From: a virus
Taxonomy: Duplodnaviria; Caudoviricetes
DNA length: 64,000 nucleotides
Virus record (IMG/VR): IMGVR_UViG_3300012979_000044
Coordinates: 2,073 to 66,072 of that record
Strand: one strand, 5' to 3'
Positions 34,054 through 45,300 of this stretch are shown in pieces. How positions within the stretch are numbered: the first letter of the stretch is position 1; each line of letters starts with the position of its first letter. Under the pieces are notes generated by a model. The model ran no database searches. It saw only the letters and a list, made by a program, of their open reading frames with translations, and was not told the DNA's origin. The translations under genes and the position numbers were made by a program.

Positions 34054-34503
34054 TTAACGTCTCTTCGTTTCGATCATACGCTGCTCGGTAGTAACCACTA
34101 TTCCGCGAGGATAAATCCATACGTTATAATCAATCTGCATCATAAAATCTCGTCCGGCTTTAATTGTACCACTTGAAATATCGGAGAGTTTCTGTTTTGA
34201 CGCCATTGCCGTTTTAAACCACATTTCACCAATTTCACGATAGCGATTTGCCTTCTCGACATTACCTTTCGCGCTTTGTTTATAATACGCACTCATAAAC
34301 TTAGAAGCTTTTTTGTTGTTTTCCTTCATGATTCTCGTCAACATTTTCGTTGCGCGCTTTGTTTCTTTCTTCTGGAGTCGCTCGTCGTGATCAATTTTAT
34401 AGAGACGTGCTTTACCTTTAGGTGTAAGCGATCCATCTTTATTCTGATATCTACGCACACCCCACTTCATACCCATTACACCATGATGTTTGAGATCGTT
34501 CAT
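34054..34503 (-). CDS. Basic protein with HHGVxGMKWG N-terminal motif
   Basis: MNDLKHHGVMGMKWGVRRYQNKDGSLTPKG. Confidence 0.8.
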   Translation of the reverse strand: MNDLKHHGVMGMKWGVRRYQNKDGSLTPKGKARLYKIDHDERLQKKETKRATKMLTRIMKENNKKASKFMSAYYKQSAKGNVEKANRYREIGEMWFKTAMASKQKLSDISSGTIKAGRDFMMQIDYNVWIYPRGIVVTTEQRMIETKRR

Positions 34504-34508
34504 GAATA

Positions 34509-34718
34509 TCACTCCTTAAGATTCTTATTATAATTCGCAGTACTTATACCAAGGATTACACCAAGGAAAGTGTCAACTGCGGTAATAGTTCCGACAATTT
34601 CCTCGCCGTACGGTAAACCCCAGATACTAGCAAGAGCGAAATATAAAGTGCCGAGACCTGGAAGTAGATACATAGCGACCCACTTCAGTCTGTCATACCA
34701 TTTGTTGTTAAGTTTCAT
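34509..34718 (-). CDS. Holin, Dp-1 family
   Basis: LNNKWYDRLKWVA...LPGLGTLYFALASIWGLPYGEEIVGTI...FLGVILGIS. Confidence 0.85.
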   Translation of the reverse strand: MKLNNKWYDRLKWVAMYLLPGLGTLYFALASIWGLPYGEEIVGTITAVDTFLGVILGISTANYNKNLKE

Positions 34719-34729
34719 AAATATCACCG

Positions 34730-35032
34730 TCACATTCCGAATTTGGCCATAAGAAAACCAGCAATAGCAGCGACGACAACGCTAAGTACAGTCTTAACGG
34801 TATCTTCCCAACGCTCAGCTGGTTTGTTAGTCAACTTTTTTACATCTGACTTTATTTCCTTTACGTCAGTTTCGACGTTTTCCTCTCGTACGGCAAGCAC
34901 TTTAACCGTTCCGACAAGTTCATCGAGGTTATCCTGTCTTTTTTCGAGGTCCTCAATTCGATGAGTATTACTCTTGCTTCTTTCCTCTGTTTCTGTGAGT
35001 CTGTGTTCAAAGTTAATATTGTTTTCTGGCAT
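34730..35032 (-). CDS. XhlA/hemolysin-like holin accessory protein
   Basis: EHRLTETEERSKSNTHRI coiled coil + C-terminal TM; next to the holin. Confidence 0.75.
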   Translation of the reverse strand: MPENNINFEHRLTETEERSKSNTHRIEDLEKRQDNLDELVGTVKVLAVREENVETDVKEIKSDVKKLTNKPAERWEDTVKTVLSVVVAAIAGFLMAKFGM

Positions 35033-35051
35033 TAATTAATTCTCCTTTCGT

Positions 35052-37067
35052 TTATACGCCGATTACATAACGTAATACGTAGTTGGCATTGTTACATAAG
35101 ATACCGCACGGACTGGTACCAGCTGCGGTGTTGTTGTCGTTGCCTGAAATATATCCATCGAATATATACAAGTATTTTGAAGCGAATATTTCCAACGTAC
35201 CATTCGAAGCCATCAAGAATGTATGTCCACATCCATTATGATTAGCTATCTGCATCTTAGGCACGAAATGCATACTGAAATCGTAATCGTTGACCACATT
35301 GTTGATATAGGTACTAAACACAAGAACAATTCCATGTCTCTGCCCAGAGACGAATCCTGCTAGAGGAATCGACTGCTGACTATGCATATGAAGCGCGCCT
35401 GACCACAGTAGCTTACCGTTTAAGTCACTTGTGTTTACCCATTCACCCCAGGTTCCGTCACTATAACAACGTTCGTATCTCTCTGGTTTACCCTTCGTAC
35501 AGACAGCAACTGTATGTCTTGTCTGTCCGCTATCACCGCAATATTCGACGGTCAGAGTGCCTGTTCCCTCGTCGAATGGACAATTAGAATATCTAGATGA
35601 TTGAACGTCCTTTATTATGTAGAATCCGACAAGGAATACCGTGTCAAAATCTGTCTCATTTTGAAGTGTAGGATAGTCTAATCCGCCAGTCAAACGAGTC
35701 TTCCATGCAACCTCGAATGTGTCGTCAAACTCAGATACTTTACCAACAGACATACCACGACCATTAGCTTTGAAATGCATAATGGTTGCTGCTGTTGATG
35801 CTACAGTTGTTCGAGTTACAGTTTCGAAATTATCAGTAACCAACAGCTTAACATCATAGCTTGAACCGGTGTCAGCTGCTATGACGTAGTATCCCTCGTT
35901 AACTGTAAACTGATTGTCATACAAACTCAGAGGTATATCACTGTATTCGGTTTCGGAAGATTTCTTATATTTGAGATGATACTGTGTGGTGTTCTTACTG
36001 TTGAGCGATGATGCGGTACAACTGAATGTTATTTTGATATGATCGCCTTCATCGTTAATAACGCCATCACTCGTACATCGATTAACTTTCAATAGCGTTA
36101 TACTTGGCGCGTTATAATCAATGACATTTATCGACGTTGAACCAGTTCCGGAACGACCACGTCGGTCCAATACTCTGGACGTGATATCTACAGTTCCGGA
36201 CACTCTCAATTCAGAAGTGGTGAACGTTCTCTCAGTATAATTACCGCCGTTTATTGTCGTACTGTACGCAGTAATATCAGAGTTATATGCCAATATAGGA
36301 TTGACCGTTACTGTCAATTTAGATCTACCTTTTACATATCCACCGTAAATATCCGAATATCCAGTAGCATCCGAAACAGTAATGGTACATGACGGTTTTA
36401 CACTATCAGGAATTGCGAGTGTTGTACCATACGAATTACTTCCTACATTCGTATCCCCGCTGTATGTAGTAATCGTATATTCTACCCATACCACAGTGTT
36501 CGCTATATTCTGACTAGCCCATTCAATAGGCGGTGTGAATGCGATATATGCATCTGGTGATTTAGTACATACAGTCGTTGACGCACTACCACATGTAACT
36601 GTGATTGTGTGAGTAAAAGAACTTGACTGTTTGTACACGGTCAAAGTATGTGTCGCACCAAGAGTACCGTTACCGACATCCATAGTGGATTTTCTCGCAA
36701 TTGTACCCAGTGTTTCCGTATAACTCTGTTCGTTTGAGGTAACCACATTATGACTGATCCACGCTGAACAAGTTAACGATTTGGTTCCGTCGTCGTTATG
36801 CGGAATATCAAGTGTCTTTGTGAATAAGATGATTCCAGCGTTCGTTATCTTTTGCGATGAGGTAACTGCAGCGGAATATGTAACACCGTTAATCTTACAA
36901 TATACAGTACCTGTACCGTATGTTGTATAGCCGGTGTTAGTACGATAGAAACGAACACTTACAGTAACATTTGTTGTGTTATTTGTTAGGTTTTGTGAGT
37001 TTTGAGTAATCGTTATCGTATAATTTACGTATTGATTACTCGTACCCATAGCACCTGAAGTAGCCAT
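35052..37067 (-). CDS. Minor tail / receptor-binding protein (DUF859-like)
   Basis: QNSQN...N.T.VTV.V N-terminus, Thr-rich beta repeats, C-terminal knob; last gene of the tail block. Confidence 0.7.
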   Translation of the reverse strand: MATSGAMGTSNQYVNYTITITQNSQNLTNNTTNVTVSVRFYRTNTGYTTYGTGTVYCKINGVTYSAAVTSSQKITNAGIILFTKTLDIPHNDDGTKSLTCSAWISHNVVTSNEQSYTETLGTIARKSTMDVGNGTLGATHTLTVYKQSSSFTHTITVTCGSASTTVCTKSPDAYIAFTPPIEWASQNIANTVVWVEYTITTYSGDTNVGSNSYGTTLAIPDSVKPSCTITVSDATGYSDIYGGYVKGRSKLTVTVNPILAYNSDITAYSTTINGGNYTERTFTTSELRVSGTVDITSRVLDRRGRSGTGSTSINVIDYNAPSITLLKVNRCTSDGVINDEGDHIKITFSCTASSLNSKNTTQYHLKYKKSSETEYSDIPLSLYDNQFTVNEGYYVIAADTGSSYDVKLLVTDNFETVTRTTVASTAATIMHFKANGRGMSVGKVSEFDDTFEVAWKTRLTGGLDYPTLQNETDFDTVFLVGFYIIKDVQSSRYSNCPFDEGTGTLTVEYCGDSGQTRHTVAVCTKGKPERYERCYSDGTWGEWVNTSDLNGKLLWSGALHMHSQQSIPLAGFVSGQRHGIVLVFSTYINNVVNDYDFSMHFVPKMQIANHNGCGHTFLMASNGTLEIFASKYLYIFDGYISGNDNNTAAGTSPCGILCNNANYVLRYVIGV

Positions 37068-38773
37068 TAGTCAGTCACCTCCGCAGTATTATGATTACCG
37101 GATACCAGTAAGAATGACAACGAACCATCAGTTCGTGGTATGTATGCAAAGTTACCAAACTGAGCACGCTCATTTACTTCGACAATGATATTACCAGTGT
37201 GGAAATCTACACCGTCCCACCAACCATATTGTTCGTTATTTTTTCTGAAAGATATGATACCAGTATCGAGTCTTAACTCTGCGCTGTTTTCGCCACAGGC
37301 ATCTTTGATACCGATTCCGTTTTCAGTAAATGTGAAATACTTTTCGAATTTGTTAAGTTTACCCGTCAATTCGCTGTTTTCTCGTTCGAGATTTTGAATC
37401 GTATTTGTCAATGATATAGTGATTCCGGTTGCTCGCTGCTCTATCATTGATTCGACGGTGCCTTTATATGATTCAAAGTCACCAGTAGCGACATAATCAG
37501 CCAAAGCTCGTTGAATTATGCTAGAACAGTCACTCGATATCGAAGTATTTTGATTTACTAAGGCAATATTGAAATCGTTAGACACGTTGTCAAGTTCGTC
37601 GGTAGTAACCATATCCGAGATATCGTCTTGAGTAAGCATTCCTGAAATATCTTTTTTAGTAGCCATGTCCGCAATGTCGTCCTTAGACGCCACGCTAGAG
37701 CACATTATCACGAATTTGTATTTTCCGTCTTCATCAATGTAATATTTTAGATAGTTCTCGCCATCACCGACAACAAACTGACCATCCGAATCGAGATATA
37801 CACCACGAGTATCGTTATCGGCAGATTCTTTTACACCAGAATATATAGCATTTTCAGTTATTTTGAATCCACCGATAGTAGCATCGAACGCAACCAAATC
37901 CTCTACTGCAATTTTTGTAGCAGTGATCGATTTAGCTGTTATAATGCTACCGTTCAAACTGTTATAGTCAGTCTGCTCAGCTTCGATTTTCATGCCGTCG
38001 GTATTAAGTTTGTAATACAGACCGTCAGTACCTTTTATCACTAGCTTGTCCGCTACGACAGTGTTACCTTCGATCAGATCACCTTTGATGGTTACACCGA
38101 CGAGGGTTCCTGTTATTTGTTGATTGTCAACTACTGCATCTTTGATAATTCCAGAGTTAGCATAAAACTCCTTAAATACGGCCTTACTAATATTTGCGAA
38201 GTTAATGTTGGCGAAGTCGATGCTTGCGTATTGTGCAGTGAGGTCTTTTACGTTAGCTTTATCGGAATTCAATTTTAGAATAGTCGCATTAACCGCATTC
38301 AGTTCCTCAGTGTTTACGTAATTAGCATCGAGTTCGTCAACAGTGATAATATCCGCTTCAAGCTGTTCGATCTTGGCGTTGACCGCTTCGAGATTTTCCG
38401 TCGTGATAATATCTGCTTCAAGCTTTTCGATCTTCGCATTAATTGCGGAAAGATTCTCCGTTGTAATGGTATCCGCTTGTATTTTCTTGACAGTCGAAGA
38501 TAAGTCAGATACTGTTTCACCTCTGGCTGCAGGAGACGACATATTACCTGTTGCAGTAAGAGTATGATTCTTGATAGTAACGGCTACTCGTTCTCCATCT
38601 TTTACTTCGGTAACGCTTTCATATGGAGTGAGCATGTCAGAACCGTCAAGTTTTACATAGGTACCGCCGTTAAACTCTTTTATCGTTCCGTAAAGAACAG
38701 TATCTTTCTTAGTCTTTCTCGAATCGTTAGTGATTTTAGCAAACTGAGATATGAGATCCTGTGACAGTCCCAT
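37067..38773 (-). CDS. Minor tail protein with coiled-coil repeats
   Basis: ITTENLxAxNAKIExLEA repeats, AKSITATKI, IGGFKI; start moved to MGLSQDL. Confidence 0.7.
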   Translation of the reverse strand: MGLSQDLISQFAKITNDSRKTKKDTVLYGTIKEFNGGTYVKLDGSDMLTPYESVTEVKDGERVAVTIKNHTLTATGNMSSPAARGETVSDLSSTVKKIQADTITTENLSAINAKIEKLEADIITTENLEAVNAKIEQLEADIITVDELDANYVNTEELNAVNATILKLNSDKANVKDLTAQYASIDFANINFANISKAVFKEFYANSGIIKDAVVDNQQITGTLVGVTIKGDLIEGNTVVADKLVIKGTDGLYYKLNTDGMKIEAEQTDYNSLNGSIITAKSITATKIAVEDLVAFDATIGGFKITENAIYSGVKESADNDTRGVYLDSDGQFVVGDGENYLKYYIDEDGKYKFVIMCSSVASKDDIADMATKKDISGMLTQDDISDMVTTDELDNVSNDFNIALVNQNTSISSDCSSIIQRALADYVATGDFESYKGTVESMIEQRATGITISLTNTIQNLERENSELTGKLNKFEKYFTFTENGIGIKDACGENSAELRLDTGIISFRKNNEQYGWWDGVDFHTGNIIVEVNERAQFGNFAYIPRTDGSLSFLLVSGNHNTAEVTD

Positions 38774-38780
38774 TTTGACA

Positions 38781-39878
38781 TCACCTCCATAAATTTGTAG
38801 TAAATACAGCTTTTTCAGTAACTGGTGTTCCAGGAGCACATTTGATGCTTTGACTTATTACTTTTGCTTTGATGTTGGATATACCTGCTCGTTCGTAGTT
38901 GAGCATTACACAATCTCCGACACGAACTGGACAATATCCATGTGTATACGAAATAGTATACTCGATAGCAGATGCTTCTTTCAGAAGTCGTTCCGCATAT
39001 AAATTTATCTGATTTTCTGTAGGATCACCGATAAGATCAGGGTCAGTTACTCTATGCACTATCTCCCGTCCTCTACGTATAGTTGAGGTAGGACTATTCG
39101 GGTCATCGTTAACAACTCGTGCGTGATAGTACTCTTTTCCTTTGGAATATATAACTTCAACCACGTTCGGAATACCATACAGATCATGGTCCATCGTAAT
39201 GTCAGGATATAAAATTGAGCTATTGTCATCTGTGTATGTCCATACAGGCTGCATAGCTGAAATATCCTGTTTCGGAGCGAATAATATACGTCCCATTTCG
39301 TCGATGTCGTACGTATATTTTGCGTTGACCATCAGTGCGGATAAGAACGATATCCATGTATCATTCGGATCTGCTACGAAATCAGAATATAAAGTTTTCT
39401 TGTTTGTCGTCACTACTACAGGAGCTCGTAAATGCTCTTTCGTAAGTCTGGTTACGTGCTCCATAACATTGTCCTGTTTAGCAATATAGTAACCAATTGG
39501 AGGACGACTCTCCTTTAATTCGATCAACGGAGTGTAAGCATCCATTGAAACATTACGAACTTTACCGTTGAATGTTGAAGACGGTGTCTGTACAAGATAT
39601 GTTCCTAACGGATGCTTCTCTTTTAATCCATTTTGAATTGCAATAAGATAAATTCTTATGTAACATTCGCCAACGGACTCCGCAATATTGATCATAGCCG
39701 AACCAAGAGTATCTGCTTCGGAATCACGTGAGATAGAACTACTTATGACTGTATCGAGTTTCGTTTCGTCTTTCCATGTTCCAGGATTAACGATATAATA
39801 CTCGAATGTCTGTTGCATAGATTTGGTCCAGTCGATTCGTACTGGCATTTGTTTGATAGGCGTAAGTTCGCCAGCCAT
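38781..39878 (-). CDS. Tail hub / Tal-like baseplate protein
   Basis: Position after the distal tail protein; PNVVEVIYS, YCPVRVGD. Confidence 0.65.
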   Translation of the reverse strand: MAGELTPIKQMPVRIDWTKSMQQTFEYYIVNPGTWKDETKLDTVISSSISRDSEADTLGSAMINIAESVGECYIRIYLIAIQNGLKEKHPLGTYLVQTPSSTFNGKVRNVSMDAYTPLIELKESRPPIGYYIAKQDNVMEHVTRLTKEHLRAPVVVTTNKKTLYSDFVADPNDTWISFLSALMVNAKYTYDIDEMGRILFAPKQDISAMQPVWTYTDDNSSILYPDITMDHDLYGIPNVVEVIYSKGKEYYHARVVNDDPNSPTSTIRRGREIVHRVTDPDLIGDPTENQINLYAERLLKEASAIEYTISYTHGYCPVRVGDCVMLNYERAGISNIKAKVISQSIKCAPGTPVTEKAVFTTNLWR

Positions 39879-39879
39879 A

Positions 39880-42390
39880 TCATACGCCTCCTTCTACTCT
39901 TGTAACTTCGAATGATATTGGTATTGTAAGTGTGTGATGTTTCTTACTGAATGAAACTGTAATGTTAGCCCAGTAGCCACTACCCGATGGTTCTCGTACA
40001 TACACGTCACCCATGTAATTAGCAAGGCGACGAATCTGATACAGAGTTTCTTTATCGTCAGCAGGAATAACTACACTCCATGATGAAGTAGAGCCAATAT
40101 GTGTTCCGTAATAACTTGTGGGATGTGAACGACCAATATATTCGATCAGTTCCACATCTGGTTTGTTTTTGTCGGAAATATCGACATTGTACATCAGCTT
40201 AAGCATCGAACCGGTCCAATTCGGCTGTTCCATAGCTGTGGCTTCTGGCGCATCATAACTGCTCCATTTTTCATCCCACTGAATGACGATTCCCTTTTCT
40301 CCTACAGGAACGCCTGGGAGATCAGTATAGCTTACTGTTCCAGTTGTCTCTGACTTAGCTACTATTCTGTAGCGAGCGAGATCTAACGCTGGATGTGGAT
40401 CTGTTACGAATAAATCTGATTTGTTTGGAACGTCTTTGATGATTTCAACAAAGCTTCCGTCGAATTCTCTTCGGTAAACAGACAAGAGCATACCTTCGAT
40501 AAGATTGCCATCAGCATCCTGAATATAAGGATTGATGTTAGCAGTGAGACTATTTTTGTCAATTCCGATTTTTGCATTTGGAATATAAATGTCGTCACTC
40601 CATGCAACTTTGAAATGTCCTTCAACGTCACAAGTAAGACCAGAATCAAATGACGTTACACATCTCACGATATAATTGACGTTGTTTTCAAGCGTTACGT
40701 TTTCAGCAGAAAATATAACTAACAAAGAACCACTTGTACTAAACTGTTTAGCATAAACTTCATCGCCCTCGTTAACCATTTTGACGTTACCGTATACGTC
40801 TACAGTTTCGTATGATTCATCAGCTATAATACTGAGATGATAACCGGTTGGTGTCTGAGACTTTGGATAAGCATCCACCTGAATGTAAAATGGTAACACC
40901 TCAATCGTTGTCGATGACTCAGCTTTATCATTAAGAATAGCGAGCTCGGTCATAGGCTGAGCGTGAACGTCTATCGTTCTTTCTACAGACCAATCTCCGT
41001 ATACGCCAGTTACACCACGAGTCTTGACTTTCCACTTGATTTGTGTTCCATCGGTATACTGCGTCGTGTCAATTTCATAGAATTGAGTTTTATTTTTATC
41101 CTTGTCAGTTACTTCCTGATCGATTACCACGTCAGATACGACGCCACCAATATCGAGTTGTATTGTAGCACCGAACTGCTTTGATCCGTCGCCACTATTG
41201 TGCACCCAATAAAGTACGACTTTCTCGCCAGTGGAGACTACGGTTGACGAAGACCAAGTTGTTGGTGATGTAGGTGGTTCGCCTATAGTTACACTTACGA
41301 TATTAGACCATGGTGATTCGCCCGCATCGTTAATAGATCTTACTCGGAAGAAATATTGTTTACCAGTTTCTAAACCAGTTTTCTCGTAGTGATTAAATAA
41401 GATACCGCTTTCAGTAGTTGTGTCGTCGGCAGAGTCGAATGCTTCTATTCGATTTGAATATTCGATCTCGTACGATTTTGCTGTCGGATCATTACTCCAT
41501 TCCAAATATATGGATGTTGCGGATTTACCCGTTGCTTCCTGCATTATCGGACTTGTCGGGTTTGTATGTACGCTATCTGAATAATCAGAATTCTCACTTT
41601 CGAGACTTCCTCGCTTTGAGCGACAGCATACTTTATAAGATGCACCAGAAGCTACGTTACATACGAATTCAGCATGTCCAGTGAGCTGTATCTTTACTGT
41701 TCCTGAACTTACAATCAGGGTGTCATTTTTAACAACAGTAAATATAATCTGATCAGCATTAAGATTCGACACGTTATCCAAGGATGCAGTCAGTTTTCCT
41801 CTATCGAGTGTTACTTTTGGAGTGTCTGGTTTCTTTGGAGGATTGTTCGATACGTCATATATTTTTTCTGTAGACCAATCACCAGTCCAATAGCTGACGT
41901 CAGTATTGTTTGAGCGATAAGTTTTAGAAATAGCTTTGACTTTGAACTTTATTTGCTTAGCATTTGACGGAGCGTTATAAGTGCTGTGTGTGTATTCGGT
42001 TGTAGTCTTTGTGCCTACGAACCATACACCGTCACCAGTATCGTAATACCACATGACTTCGTAACTTTCGGTATTCTCTCGACTCCATGTCCATGAAGCG
42101 AATATCGTACTATCAGTATTCGACTGTAAGCCGAACAAATTTATAGTCGGTCTGTTTGTGGTATTAGCAGGCGGACCGGAGCTCGAACCTGAACCAGAAC
42201 CCGAGCCCGGATTACTTATCTGTAACACCTGACCAACTACGATATAGTTTGGATTTGAAATGTTATTCCATTTCTGTAGTAAAGCTACGCCTCCATTAGC
42301 TCCGTATATAGAAGACGCACCAATCGTAGAAAGGTTTCGCTGAGCGATACTACTAAGAGTATCGCCCTTCTTAACCGTATAAGTTGCCAT
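39880..42390 (-). CDS. LysM + fibronectin type III tail (distal-tail-like) protein
   Basis: YTVKKGDTLSSIA...IVVGQVL (LysM); YLEW...YEIEY...LETGKQYFFRVRSINDAGESPWS (Fn3). Confidence 0.8.
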   Translation of the reverse strand: MATYTVKKGDTLSSIAQRNLSTIGASSIYGANGGVALLQKWNNISNPNYIVVGQVLQISNPGSGSGSGSSSGPPANTTNRPTINLFGLQSNTDSTIFASWTWSRENTESYEVMWYYDTGDGVWFVGTKTTTEYTHSTYNAPSNAKQIKFKVKAISKTYRSNNTDVSYWTGDWSTEKIYDVSNNPPKKPDTPKVTLDRGKLTASLDNVSNLNADQIIFTVVKNDTLIVSSGTVKIQLTGHAEFVCNVASGASYKVCCRSKRGSLESENSDYSDSVHTNPTSPIMQEATGKSATSIYLEWSNDPTAKSYEIEYSNRIEAFDSADDTTTESGILFNHYEKTGLETGKQYFFRVRSINDAGESPWSNIVSVTIGEPPTSPTTWSSSTVVSTGEKVVLYWVHNSGDGSKQFGATIQLDIGGVVSDVVIDQEVTDKDKNKTQFYEIDTTQYTDGTQIKWKVKTRGVTGVYGDWSVERTIDVHAQPMTELAILNDKAESSTTIEVLPFYIQVDAYPKSQTPTGYHLSIIADESYETVDVYGNVKMVNEGDEVYAKQFSTSGSLLVIFSAENVTLENNVNYIVRCVTSFDSGLTCDVEGHFKVAWSDDIYIPNAKIGIDKNSLTANINPYIQDADGNLIEGMLLSVYRREFDGSFVEIIKDVPNKSDLFVTDPHPALDLARYRIVAKSETTGTVSYTDLPGVPVGEKGIVIQWDEKWSSYDAPEATAMEQPNWTGSMLKLMYNVDISDKNKPDVELIEYIGRSHPTSYYGTHIGSTSSWSVVIPADDKETLYQIRRLANYMGDVYVREPSGSGYWANITVSFSKKHHTLTIPISFEVTRVEGGV

Positions 42391-45300
42391 TATGTTCTCC
42401 TTTCAACTTTAGCAGCACGAACAAGTGTTGCAATTGCGTCTGATACGTTAGAACCATCGTCATATGTAATTCCGTTAATGTAGTTGTTATTTGTTGTGCC
42501 AACATTACCAAGTTCCTTACGAAGCTTGTCGATAGCGTATACTACATCGTCGTTTCCGGCTCCATTTTGACGGTTTGACATCATTCGATTAACAGCGCCA
42601 ACGTTTGACAGTAAGCCTATGGACGGTTTCATACTGAACATTCCGCCTATGGTTCCAGCGCCAGATTCAACAGCACTTAAATCAAGTACGGGACGAATTG
42701 TGGGCTGCAGTGAGTCCTCATCGAACGAACTTGTGATTCTGCTGATTGCATTGCTGAAACCTTTTCGTGCGTTGTCAGCCATACCGTAACCAGAATTGTA
42801 TACTTTGCCGTTGAGATCGTCTAACGCATTAACGAAACCAGCTACAACGAATCCACCCATCTCGTAGAACACCTTCGAGGGTGAGTTAATTCCAGCCGCT
42901 TCCTTAGCTGCGGTTATAGCCGCCTGCATAGCTGTTGTTGCCGCTGCTGTTGCGAGGTATGCGCTACCAGATATACCCTTTGCAAGTCCCTGTACTAAGT
43001 ATGAACCTGCGGAATACATCGAAGTGTACCCCATTTTGACGGAAGATGACATAGTATTAGTCATCGTGGTCATAGCTGTATTAACTTTTTCTTTTGACGC
43101 AGTGATACCGCTAACGAATTTGCTGATTATGTACTTTCCGGAATTGGTAAATCTTGCACCCTGATTTGTCACGATTTCTATCATTCGATTGAGCATTTCT
43201 TTAGCTTTGTTACTTGCTTTTGGCGTGCCTTCACCGAATGCCATTACAAATTTATCTACTGATACTTTACCAACCGTTTCAAGAGCCGTTACAAATCCTC
43301 TTGTGTCTCCGAACTTGGTATTACCCATGTCTTTGAGAACACGAATTATAGACTTTAAGTCGTTGACCGCTTTGGAAAGCTTTGATGTGTCTATACCACC
43401 GATCTTAGTCGAGCAAGTGCTTAAAGTTGTGGCTAAGGACGGAATTACTGTGTTGATTTTGGTTATTTCGTCAGTTCCTATTTTACCGTCCATACAACCT
43501 GCTGCGGGTAATTTCTCGATAGTACTCTTGATTCCGTCAATCGCAGTTGCTGCATTATTAACGTTTTCGAGTTTGAGGCCGTCTGTCTTATCAGAGAAGA
43601 CCTTCATACCCTCACCGAGTTTAGCAATGTTAACAGCAAATGTATCAAGACTGTTGTCGCCTACGATTTTGGATATCCATCCGCCTTCATTAGGTATCTC
43701 ATTTGCCATTTCAGCTAATGCTTTACCTGCTTCAGCAGCTGCTCTGATTGCATCTGGTTTTACGCCTGCAACTTTATCGCCGAATCCAGCAAGACCTTCA
43801 CCGAATGTTGGTAATTTGTCGCTGAATGTAGCCATATCGTTTTCGCCGACGATCTTAGCAATCCATCCACCCTCGTTAGGTATCTCGTGAGCCATATCAG
43901 CTAATGCTTTACCTGCTTCAGCAGCTGCCTTAACTGCCTCTGGGTCTATATCCTTGACTTTTTCTGAGAATTTTGCGATTGAATCGCCAAATATAACAAG
44001 CTGAGGACCGAATACATCCATAGTGTTATCGCCAAGGAAATCGGCTAACAGACCACCGCTGTTTGGAATTGTATCTGCCATTTCAGCCATCATCTTACCG
44101 GCATTCGCCGCTGCTTCAACTGCTTCTGGTTTTACATTCTTAACCTTGTCTGAGAATTTAGCCATCGATTCGCCGAATGTTTCAAGTTCAGCGCCGAATG
44201 AAACCATATCTTTTCCGCCAACAAGAGCAGCAATCTTTTCGCCAAGGAAACCACCGCTTGATGGTAATGCGTCATACAATTCGGTAACCATACGACCAGC
44301 ATTAGCTGCAGCGTTAACTGCTTCAGGATTGAAGTTTCCTTCGGTTAATTTGTTTGAGAATTTAACCATTATGTCGCCGAACTGGTTTAAGGTTTCGCCG
44401 ATACCGCTTGTCCAGTTGTCACCACCGAACAATGACATTACTGCGTCCACAATACCAGCACCAGCTAAAGCAGTCAGCATAGATGCAATATTCTTACATC
44501 CTTCCGCTGCAGAAGCGTCGATCGTCTTAGCACCAGCTATGAACGGCATTAAATTTATCATGAACATCGAGAGGTTCGACGCCATCTCAGGTAATCCTGG
44601 AGCTATCCATTTCTCGAATGCTTTGATCGCTAATCCGAGACCCACAGCCAATACTGCTAAACAACTAATACCGATGAGTGCCGCCGGACCGAGAAGACCA
44701 ACTACACCCAATGGAACCATGGCTGCCGATAACGCCAGTACAAGAATACTCAATGCCTTTGCGTTTTCAACTCCATTTTGAACGTCAAGCGCAGACATTG
44801 TAGCAAGCACCAACGCAAGTAACTCCATAACTACTGCCAACGCAACCATACCTGCCGCACCCATGAGTACAAACGGACCAAGAAGGCCCATGAGACCGAT
44901 TGGCACCATTGCTATGGATAATGCAAATATAAGGATGCTGAGCGCCTTTGCGTTTTCAATACCATTTTTAACCTTAAGTGCGGTCATCGTAGCAAGCACC
45001 AACGCAAGTAATTCCATAACTACTGTTAATGCCGCCATGCCAACTGCGCCCATAAGAACTGATGGTCCAAGAAGTCCCATTAATGCCATGGGGATCACAG
45101 CGATAGATAATGCGCCGAATAATATCGTTAATGCCTTTGCATTTTCGATTCCATTTTTAACCTTGAGTGCGGTCATCGTAGCGAGAACTAATGCCAACAG
45201 TTCGAGAACCGCCGCAAGACCGGCCATACCGACCACAACAATACCAACGTCCTTCCACGTCATGGCACCAGTGAAATTGCTAAGAGCGATCATCGCTACG

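Noticed and set aside
35052-37067. Diversity-generating retroelement or invertible tail-fibre switch
   Set aside because: No reverse transcriptase, no template/variable repeat pair and no flanking inverted repeats seen.
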